A stretch of 64,000 nucleotides of DNA, from positions 62,001 to 126,000 of the forward strand of contig JAQGDQ010000608.1 in assembly GCA_030141605.1 (NCBI GenBank), given 5' to 3'. The position numbers and the translations under genes were made by a program. Of the stretch, positions 36,101-48,100 are shown piece after piece. Positions within the stretch are counted from its first letter, which is position 1; each line of letters opens with the position of its first letter. The notes beneath the pieces are model-generated. The model searched no databases, was not told where the DNA came from, and was given only the letters and a program-made list of their open reading frames with translations. This DNA is from Tubiluchus corallicola (Eukaryota; Animalia; Priapulida).

Positions 36101-39100
36101 CACTGTACTTCAATTTTCGCTTTCGCAAACGCGTGCAATGCGCTCGTGGAATGTTTGTCGTGCTGTTGGAGATTATGTTCAGTTGTGATGTCATCCCTTA
36201 GTTGGGTAGCCTGTTATTTGGTTATCAGAAATGTCTTGGCCTTATTATAGGTGTTAAAATGTATGCTTATGGCCGTGCTACAAAATGGGGTAGGATGTGA
36301 AAAATCATCCTGTTTTCCTTTAAATGAAAAGCATATTTTTTCCTTGATGTTTTTTCAAATTTTACCTTGTTAGCCAGTTAACTTGGTATTAACGTAGTTG
36401 TAATTCTACGAAGCCGTGTTAACGTAGTTGTAATTCTAGGAAGCCGTGTTAAGGTAGTTGTAATTCTAGGAAGCCGTGTTAACGTAGTTGTAATTCTAGG
36501 AAGCCGTGTTAAGGTAGTTGTAATGCTAGGAAGCCGTGTTAACGTAGTTGTAATTCTAGGAAGCCGTGTTAACGTAGTTGTAATTCTAGGAAGCCGTGTT
36601 AACGTAGTTGTAATGCTAGGAAGCCGTGTTAACGTAGTTGTAATTCTACGAAGCCATGTTAACGTAGTTGTAATTCTAGGAAGCCGTGTTAACGTAGTTG
36701 TAATTCTAAGAAGCCGTGTTAACGTAGTTGTAATTCTACGAAGCCATGTTAACGTAGTTGTAATTCTAGGAAGCCGTGTTAACGTAGTTGTAATTCTAGG
36801 AAGCCGTGTTAAGGTAGTTGTAATTCTAGGAAGCCGTGTTAATGTAGTTGTAATTCTAGGAAGCTGTGTTAATGTAGTTCTAATTCTAGGAAGCTGTGTT
36901 AATGTAGTTGTAATTCTAGGAAGCCGTGTTAATGTAGTTGTAATTCTAGGAAGCCGTGTTAACGTAGTTGTAATTCTAGGAAGCCGTGTTAACATAGTTG
37001 TAATTCTAGGAAGCCGTGTTCGGTTCTGTGGGAAAACCTATAATTGAGAGCTGCATGGCAGGCTACAATGGCACCATCTTTGCTTAGTGAGTAGAAACCT
37101 CATTCAACTAATGAGTTTTTTTATCAAACTATTTGCGTCTTGAATTCTGTTCATTTTTGCTTTCATTTCAGTTCAATTCAGTTATATTTTATTATTAATT
37201 AATTTCCACTTTATTGATATATTGCAATTCTTTATTTTTCAGACTATATATATATATATATATCAAGGACTACTATACAACGCACTATTTATAGATTACG
37301 TTCATACAAGTATTGATCGCCTCCGCTAGCGGAATCAGAGATCTAAGCGTGCACATCCTGTTGTATAGTAGTCCTTGATATATATATATATATATATGTA
37401 TGTAGAAAATTTCTTTATACTGAATTTATGACTGAATTTAATTTGAATTTTTTTTAGTCAGCTCTTTTCCATTTGTTGACATTTGGTGATTTTTTTTAAG
37501 ATGCTTGTTTTGTTTCTAGTGGCCAGACAGGATCGGGCAAAACCTTCACCATGCTGGGACCGTCGGAGGAGTCGGACACGTTTCGACACGAACTGAGAGG
37601 CATCATTCCCCGTACGTTCGAGTACTTGTTCAATCTCATCAAGCGACAGCAGGATATGGTAAACACGAGTTCGTTATGTTGTACTTAGGAAATTAATTAA
37701 TGAAGGCAAGATACAGCGCAACTCAGCAAAGTATACGGTAGCAAAATTAACTGACAGTCGTGATGAAAAACATGACAACTGATGCTCATTAATTTAACAA
37801 GTTACATTCATCGATGTGGCTTGCAAAGACGTTACCGAAACGAAATTTTCGGTTTCGGCAAAATTTATTGAGTTTCGTTGCGGACGTTTTGGATAATTTT
37901 CGATAGCATTTTTCAGAGATTTTACTAGTATTTATCCAATTTGCCTTTTCTCCTAGATGTCAAAAACCGCCGAAAAATCTTGGTTGAGTTAGTTCAAATA
38001 AAGCAAAAATTTCGTTTACATAACAGTTTGTGACGTGCTTTTCACGGCAATGCGGCACTTTCTTCAGTGCTGACGTGCATTTCTCGGCAATGTGGCATAT
38101 CTTCAGTGCTGACCTCAGTGCTTGCGGTTGCCAAGCCCAATCAACTGAAATATCAAACCGCGTTTGAATTTATTTGAGCTAAATTGTGTTTAATTTCATA
38201 ATTTATGAAATACAGGCAACAAAATAAAATTTGTTTATTTTTAATGAACTTTAGACATTAATCATTAAGGATACTTAAATCCAAAAACATTATATCACAT
38301 TAATTTTTCTAATGTAAGCCACTGATACTTGAGGGTCTATACTATAAAATATTCTTGTGTTTCTATCAGTAATTTTATCACAGCAAATAAAAGCAGATAA
38401 ACAAAAAACAAATTTTTTTGGTGTGTAAATTCAGTTTCAGCACCATCCCTGATTGCGTGGCGCCATAATAATAATAATAATAATAATAATAATAGTAATA
38501 ATCTTTATTTAAGGTCTGCTTTTGGGTCACTATTATCGCCGACTGTAAATAACAACCTACAACTAGATAACAGAGACTATTATTACCCCACTTTTACCCT
38601 AAATACCACGTGTCAGGCAGGGTAACAGCAGGTACCATTTTTAAAGTCTTTGGTACGAACTCACGACCTCCCAGACGAAAAGCAGACGCATTACCACTAG
38701 ACTAAACCGTCTGGTCAAAACCTATGTAAATCATCGTTATGCAGTAAGAAAAGTAAACCTAAATACCTCTAGCAGGTGCTAAGATACCTCTAGTAGGTGC
38801 TAAAATACCTTTAGTAGGTGCTAAATTACTTCTAGTAGGTGCTAAAATACCTCTTGAAACAGTTTATTTATCAATACCATTACAAAAAAATATACAACCT
38901 AATTTCTGTGTGTTACTGTAAAAAAAGAAATCGTTGATATTTCCCTAATATTTAGAACAACTGATTTACTTTAAATACTGTAACACGGCTGTTGTTGATT
39001 CATCACTACGGCAGAGAACCCATCAATAAGCACCTGTTACTAGTCATTGATGTATCTAAGAAGGTGCTACGTGTTGTCAGAACTTACTTAGGTAGTCGAA

Positions 39101-42100
39101 ACTTGTACATGACACAATTGTTCTGAGAATGCAAGCATCAATCGCTATTCAAAAATAGAATGTCCATTTTGTAATAATGATGACACAAAGAAGCATTAAT
39201 ATTTGACATCTGACACGAAACTAGATAAAAGGTTTAAACGATTTTTTACGAGGAAAACATACAAAATTTCCTTTCTTTTTTATGTTGTATTTAGCGTCAC
39301 ATGCCGGGTAAGTACTAGAACAAAACCAGACCCAATGTTAAACTCTGGGTCAAAACAACCTATTCTTTACAATATAAACTATTTATTCAAAAATGACTTA
39401 CGTAAAAGAATTATTACCAAACAAACGCAATTTAGCATTCGCCGTAACTAGTTGTTCTCTGTTACATGCATTTCGCCATTCGCTAGTTAGACGGGCACTA
39501 GCACCTGCATTTTGGAAAGTGTTGCACAAAAAACATGTGCTGTTCCTTTCAATTCAGATTTATTAGTTTGTGACGAACTACACGTTCCACAGCTCATGCG
39601 TGAGTACCCCGTTAAATTTTAAATTTCAGTTTTTGTCTTAAAACTTGCCTGGTTTTAGTGCATAATACTAAATGTCTTACAGTACCACTGTACTTCAATT
39701 TTCTCCTTTACACGCTCGTGGAATATTTTTGCGGTCGAAAATCATGTTAGTTTGTGATGCCATCACTAGTTGGGCTCGTCTGCAGTTAATTAAGATTTTA
39801 ATCCATCATTTAATTATCAGATAACGCGAAGATTAATGCAGTTAAATTACTTAACATGAAGATGTTGATAAGCCGTTATAATTACCTCTTGATCCATAGA
39901 AACACGAAGCAGTGGAATTTCTTTGCAAATGCTCTTTCATTGAAATCTACAACGAGCAAATCTACGATCTTCTGGATGCCGCATCTCCGTCTCTTCAGCT
40001 AAGAGAGAATATAAAGAAAGGGGTGTTCGTTGATGGAAACATCGAAGTGGCTGTCAGTACAGCAAACGAAGCATATCAAGTAAGTTTGCTGTATCACAGT
40101 AAGTCCTCGCTTAACGACGCTAAGTTCTCGCTTAACGACGCTAAGTCCCCGCTTAACGACGCTCAGTCCTCGCTTAACGAAGCTAAGTCCTCGCTTAACG
40201 ACGCTAAGTCCTCGCTTAACGACGCCAAGTCCTCGCCGAACGATGCTAAGTCCCCGCTTAACGACGCTAAGTTCTCGCTTAACGACACTAAGTCCTCGCT
40301 TAACGACGCTAAGTCTCTGCTTAACGGCGCTAAGTCCTCGCTTAACGATGCTAATGCATTCCAGCAAAACGCCACTTAAACTTAAAGCTTAACTTCATTA
40401 AACGAAACCAAAACTTGCATAGAAAGTAATGTAAAAGAAGCGAGATACGTTCCAGAGGCAAAAATCAATGCTACTTAAATCACATAAATTAAATGTTTTA
40501 TGAGTTTCTTTATGGTTTCCACTAATTAATTTTTTTCTGCTCGTTTGATACCATCTTTCTTTCTTACCAATACGTACCTAGCTAGCGGTTTCTCTTTCAT
40601 TAAGGTTTAAGCCTAGGCAGCCATTAAACAATAAACGCTGTAGAGTCAAAGCCAAGCACTGCATCAGACGACCTTGGAAATTTTACCATACCAGAGCACC
40701 GTATATTTACTACCTAGTCTGGTTGCTATAGGAACAGGTTGCAGGTAGAATTCCTTCACACGACGTTTGTTCACAAGTCTCGCTTGATAGAAACAGCAGC
40801 TAGTATAATAGTCAGTCGGGACGCAAAGACATGTATAATAATTGCACCGCTTACATTACTAATGCACTTTTAAAACAGAATAACGCAATATGTGCCATTT
40901 TAATGGTTCATATTAAATAAATAAGATAAAATGAAAATTGCCTTTCAGCAAAGTAGAGAAATCGTCGTTAAGATGAAGTGTGTGTCATTTAGTGAAAAAA
41001 GGTGTCAATTGTTCAGCGTCGTTAAAACGAAAACATGGGAGTCATTAAGCGAGGACTTACTGTATTTGCGCCCGAGTAAGTTAAGAAATACATCCAGAAA
41101 ACACATCTGCATTCCGAGGCGTGATCCTCGTGTCATTGCTATGAATGCTTATGGTGTATTTTTCTAATGCCTTAAAGGGGAATATTAAGTCATGTCTCCC
41201 CCAAAAATACCATACTAAGTTATATTACTTAGAATTACGCTTACCTGTTTGAAAGACTCGTGTAATTGGAAAGGAAAATTCTTAGTAATTTTCAATGTTT
41301 GTGCCCTCACTAGTAAAATGTCACAGACTCACTAAAACGCAGGTATTACCTGTATTGATCTTATATGGACAATATCAAGTAATTCATACTTGCGTATGCT
41401 CTGATTATTTTTTCTAACTACACAATGTTATGTAAACCTTTTTCAAATGACTTGCCGTGGTTGCGCCTAACAGTCATCGATGAAGTTTACCGTATTTTCC
41501 CGTGTATAAGAGACCCTTGTGTATAAGAGACCCCTTCAATTTTTAGGCAAAAATTCTGGAAAAACGTTTTTTCAGACGGACATTTTTAGAGGGTAAAGTA
41601 CAACTTTTTTCAACTCAGTGCGGTACTGAAAACAAAATAAAACCAGTTAATGTGTTGTAGAAAAAGAGTACTGGTATATATTAAAGTGCGTACCTGCAAA
41701 CCTGTAACAGGAAAAGAGAAAACGAGGAGATAATGCCTGTGTCACGATGCTTGTATTGCTTACAACCGCTTCATAGTCGAACGCGACACGCAAAACAGTT
41801 GTAGAGCACTTATTTCTTTAAAATCATTAGTGTCACAATTTATGCATCTTATTGAAAAGACTTACTCCCATGTATAAGAGACCCCCTATTTTTAAAGTGA
41901 AAATTCTGAGCAAAAAAGGGTCTCTTATACACGGGAAAATACGGTAAATTTACAAGTTTTGCACAACTTTACTACCGGCGCAAGCTCTGTATGCAAAAAG
42001 ATGCCACGTAAGTGATATAAAGTTTTACGACGAATTTTTAAGCTTTGTTTATGATGGGTGTTTTTGTACTTTAGAATAAAGTTGCGTAAAATTTTGCTTC

Positions 42101-45100
42101 GTATGATATTTCGTTTTCTTGATTTCTTTACGCTTCTACTACACTTTCCAATCAACATTATATTATCACATATATTAATTCTACTGGCATTGGCTTAATA
42201 TATTTATATATATAGATATATATATATATAAGATTCAAGGCTACAGCTCGGACGACGGCGCCATTTGCGACGATCTATACATCAAACGAAAGGTCTCGAT
42301 CTAGTGTCGTCTCATTGGGGGTTTGTTTTTCGAATGGCCATTTTTTGAACGTTTTTCGCAAAAGTTATATGGCTGAGATCTGAAGAACGGGAACGGGCCG
42401 TGTCCACTGAGACGAGTTAATTAGATGTTCTATTTTCGGCAATTTTCACTTGGAAAACTGCTAACGCAAAGCTATTGTTGTGACGTCATCCATTATACAC
42501 TGCCTATAAACTTAGAGCTTTGATTCAGTAAAAGCTGCTGCTGGCTTTGTGTTAGGTAAGTAAACAAACACTAGGTAGGATGTTTGCGTATTTATGTGCA
42601 AAATTTTTTGCGGGGCCTTTGCTAGTCTTATAATTAATACACGCATTCAACATTCCCGGTAAATAGTTTTCAATTTCAAAATTTCGTCTCAACTGCATCG
42701 CAATCGACACTTTACGCATGTTATCTCGTGAATTTTTGCTTAAATTACCTATGTGTTTGAAGGTTTTACAATCTGGTTGGATTAATCGACGAGTCGCATC
42801 TACTTCCATGAACAGAGAAAGTTCGCGCAGTCATGCTCTCTTTACATTATGGGTTGAATCAAAGGTAATAATTTTTTTTTCATTCAATGACTATTATTTA
42901 CTACAAGAGGATTATATCTTTACTGCGAGTGTAATTTTATGTTATGCTGTATAATAGTTACGAATTTATCGTTTTATTATTGTTTCCTAGGAAACTAAAG
43001 ACGGAGTGAAAAATATCAAGGTGTCGCAGTTGAATTTAGTAGACTTAGCTGGCAGCGAAAGACAGAAGGACACACAGGCTGCAGGTATCAGGATAAAGGT
43101 AAGTCAAATTTAGCGTTTAATGTATCGTAAATTTGGTAGTTTTTGAAATCATTTTTTGTATGCTTTGTTGCAATGGTGGTGGATTGTAATATATAATATA
43201 ATATAATATAATATAATATAATATAATATAATATAATATAATATAATATAATATAATATAATATAATATAATATAATATAATATAATATAATATAATATA
43301 ATATAATATAATATAATATAATATAATATAATATAATATAATTAATATAATATAATATAAGTAATATATAAAGTAAACTAGATAAATAAGCATAGTTTTT
43401 TGAAAATGTATGAGCATTAATTAGTTCTTTTTAATTTTTGATGTTAACCTGTTTTCCAGGAGGCTGGGAAAATTAACCAGTCTTTGTCTACGCTTGGCAA
43501 CGTCATGAAGGCGTTAGTAGATATGGGTCACGGAAAGTCGAGATACGTTCCGTATCGAGATTCGAAGCTTAGCTTTCTTTTACGCGTAAGTGTGGTTTTT
43601 TTATCAAAAGAATCAAGCAGCGAAGTATCAAACAATTTGCCATGATTGTCACCGTGAGATAGCCTTCTTTCCTACTATTTTCATTATCCGGTTAATTAAC
43701 AGCCTTCATTTACCAGCTTCATACCTGCATCAGCATGGATGTGGAGATGAAATTATCTTCTAACTAAATTAAATGAAGAAGAAAAAATGCTACTGCAAAA
43801 TTGTTTTGCTCTATTCACTTACTGAGCAGGCAAACTCGTGGAAAAAATTGTCAGAAGCCATTATTTTTCAAGAAAGGCGTTCTATAATTTTTTTATGTGC
43901 AAGCTGACAGTGGTAAAATGCATTGTACTTTGCAATGGGTAAGAAGTAATGCTGTAAAAATGAAATGATTGAATGCTATATCAGATAACGTGTAAGTAAG
44001 TATATACGTTTGGTATATTTCAATACAGGAACTCATTATTAACCTTCTCTTTTACAATTTAAACCAACTTCCTTCTGCTCTTTTTTGGACGGTTTCGTCT
44101 TTTGTGTGAAGCCACATATTCTGTATAATCCTACATTTGTTGATCCAAAATAAATAAATAGATGGATAAACAAATAAACAAATAAACAAAAGTATTACGA
44201 GATAAACCTTCAGTAGTTTCTCTTCCTCTTTCTTTGTCTTAGTGCTTCATTTTGATACGACTGTTTTAGCTCGAGACTTTACCTTATCTACTATGAGCAA
44301 GCTTTTTTATTACTTAAGATTTTATTTTTGCAATTTTTATTACTTAAGATTAACTAAACTCACATGACATCAACACCACACACAAACAACAAAAAGAGAC
44401 AAACAACTGCAAATCATACAATCTGCAACGACACACATTGTAAGTAGTTTTCATTCAAACATTTGAAAGCTGCATGGGTGCATCTGCTTGTAACCTCAGA
44501 GCAAAATTAGACAACTTAATTGAAAGCCATACCCTTTCTTAAACTGCGACTGAAACCGTGTAACCTCTAAAATATTGAAAGACAGAGCTTTACGCTTTTT
44601 TAAGAATGTCTTACTTCTGGGGTGTGCAAATTGCGGCCCGCGAAGAGATTCGTCAACCTAATGAAAGTGCGGCCCGGGCGATTAATTGAGTGTATCCAGC
44701 TGAGGTCCGTACCATGATCCTAAAGATGACGCGGGTAGTTTTTTCTACTAGATCGGATGCCATTAACCCTTACAAGACGGTTGTAGCTTAATGTCACTGT
44801 ACTACACAGACTATGCATTGTAATGAAATTACCACTATCCGTCCTGAAAGTAGAAATACATGGTTTGTAATATAAATTTTTGTAACTTCTAAGATAGTTT
44901 CTTGAGTGTAGTAGTAATGATGTACGCAGGTCGGATGCAAAAAAATCGTTATTAGGCCTTTCTGTACTTGGCTCCTTGATCAAACTGCCTGTGGCCCGGC
45001 TAGTCAGATAATTTGCACACCCCTGTCTTACGTGAAAGAATTATTATTGTAGAAACGTTTGTGCAGTTAGTTCTTCGCTGTTACTTCGACGAGCGCTACT

Positions 45101-48100
45101 CCCTACTGCGCATAAAAAACAGATGCTGTACGTCTCTGTTCAGATGTGGTTCAGTTGTGACGGCAGGCACGTTCGAGAACTCGTGCATCAGAACGGCGAT
45201 AAGCTCGAAGTTTATAAATTATTAAACTTAAAATTTACCAATGTTCTCTACAGTAGCGCTCCACTTCAATTTTCACTTACGAAACACATTCAAGACGCTC
45301 ATGGAATGTTTGTACTGTGAGAAATTATATTCATTTGTGGTGTCATCAGTAGTTGAGTTCACTAACCATTAATTAAGTTTTTAATGCATTATTTAATTCA
45401 GAGAAGCGCTTTGGCATCTTTATAAGTGTTAAAATGTGTACTTTTTACCGTACTTTAAGATGGTATCTTCTTCTTCTTCCCAGCTTTTCCCTACGCGGGG
45501 TCGCCGTTGTGAATGAGTCTTCTCCACACATTTCTGTTGTTGACCATCTCTTCATTTATGTTCTTCTCTTTAAGGTCTCCATTAATACATTGAATTCATC
45601 TCCGCTTGGGTCGTCCTCTTCTTCTATTTCCCAGCACTTCCATTTCCATGACTTCCCTTCCCACAAGATCTTCACCGACTCTTCTTTTCAGGTGTCCGTG
45701 CCAATCTTGCGAGGCTTCCACTACTTTTACTGTTCCTCTGATATTATTATCTCTAATTTTATCTCTTCTTGTTATTCCCACCATCCATCTCAACATCCTC
45801 ATCTCCACCACACCCATTTTCTTCTCTGCGGTCTTCTTTAGAGAAGCTGCTTCCAGCCCATAGATTAGAGCGGGTCTGACCACTTCTTTGTGGACTTTAC
45901 CTCTAAGTCTCACCGACTCATTCAGAGAGGGTTTTGGCGCAGTTTTTACAGGCGGATGCCCTTCCTGACCCTAACCCTCCCTATTTATCCGGGCTTGGGA
46001 CCGGCACTGAGTTGGGCTGGCTTGCCCCTCCCCCCTAGTGGCTAGGTTGTAGTTTAAAATGGGGTAGAATGTGAAAAAATCATCATGTTTTCCTTTAATA
46101 ACTTTGGAATATTTCTACACAACAACCAAGTAGCAAAAAGCACGAATAAAGTATTACGATTTAAATAGTCAATTAACTGGCATTTGTTTAAAAATGTTTT
46201 CTATAACAAGCATTTTTATTCCAGGACTCCTTGGGTGGCAATGCTAAGACATTCGTAATAGCTTGTGTACATCCACATTTCAGGTATGTCGAATATATAC
46301 TAGATTTAGATCTAGTTTTATTTGTCTCGTTTCAAACACATACACGAAATTCACTCTTATTAACAGGTATGTCGAATATATACTAGATTTAGATCTAGTT
46401 TTATTTGTCTCGTTTCAAACACATACACGAAATTTGACCTTACAAAATTCACTCTTATTAAAGCAGTTACTATAGATACCTACTATTCAATACCAAATAT
46501 CTTATTAAAACTTCGAAATCTAAACTCTGCCTTTATACATTTATTTCATGACAAGGTAAGCTGGTTCATGCACAGTAATTCTTCACTTTTCTATGGTTTA
46601 TATGCTGTAGGGATAAAATATTAGCTTCTCTTGTAAACTTGTGACATCTTACATGTTTCCACTCCATTTTAACTCAATAAGCCTTTTGATAGTTCCAGCA
46701 ATTGATGATGATCGTGAAAAGGTCAAAGGTTAAGTGTACCAGACAATATATTTATGTACACTTGACAATGCCCCATCGCCTATGCTTTTGTAATAGTAAA
46801 AGTTTCAACAGCTAGCTAGAACCTTACCTAGTTCATTTTTTCTTGTTCCCAAGCAAAATCCTGCTAGTAAATCACTCTACGCACATACTGATGCATAACT
46901 AAGTAAAGTTCACCTAAAACAACTGAAGTTACTGAACTGATGTGGTAGATGCCTTTGTTTTATGTCTACGTGTCCATGTGACTGTTATAGTTAAAACACG
47001 TTGCTGTGATATACTTAACCTTTGACCTGCAGCAACTGCGCATGTGCCCAAAACTTAAATTTTACTTTTCGTCCAAACTGAATTCTGATATGTTTGTATC
47101 CAATTTTAATACATCTTTAATTTGAAAAATGTCATTCATATTCACTCCTTTCTCGTTGTTTAAACGGCGCAGATGTTTTGGAGAAACTTTGTCGACGCTC
47201 AACTTTGCCCATCGCGCAAAGATGGTAAAGAACAAAGCCGTGGTCAACGAAGACACCGTGGGCAATGTGGCAAATCTTCAAGCGGAGATTAAGAAACTGA
47301 AAGACGTCATCCAGCAGCTGAAATCTTCTGTGCACATCTCGCAAGATCTTCCTGGAACAGGTGCTTATTTGTTCTTATGTAGTGATGCTGGCTTGCAGGA
47401 AAAAATCATGCTTTTTTGTAAAGTGATGGCTTTTTTGAAGCCATTTGAGTAATTTGATAAAACTATATAAGTTGCTTAACTGAATGTAGTTCTGCTGTGT
47501 GTGGGTAAATGTATTTTAAGAAATTTCTGCATAAAATTTAATATTGTTGTGTAACAAAGTACATATAACTTAGTTATAGTAATAAACACTTGACATTTCT
47601 ACAATTTTTTTACGTCTTTGTCACGTAAATTCTCCCAAAACAGTGAAAAAACCTGCATTGGAATTTGCAAGTGACAAAAATGGCATATGAGCTTTTTGTA
47701 TTTAAATCTAACACATGGCTGTGACTTGTGCCAGTACAACAGGACTAATTTGTAAATAGTAATATGACCATATCATTGGCACTAAATAGTAATACGACCA
47801 TATCATTGGCACTAAATAGTAATACAATCATATCATTGGCACTAAATAGTAATACAATCATATCATTAGCACTAAATAGTAATACAATCATATCATTAGC
47901 ACTAAATAGTAATACAATCATATCATTAGCACTAAATAGTAATACAATCATACAATTAGCACTAAATAGTAATACAATCATATCATTAGCACTAAATAGT
48001 AATACAATCATATCGTTAGCGTAAATAGTAATACAATCATATCATTAGCACTAAATAGTAATACGACCATATCATTAGCACTAAATAGTAATACAATCAT

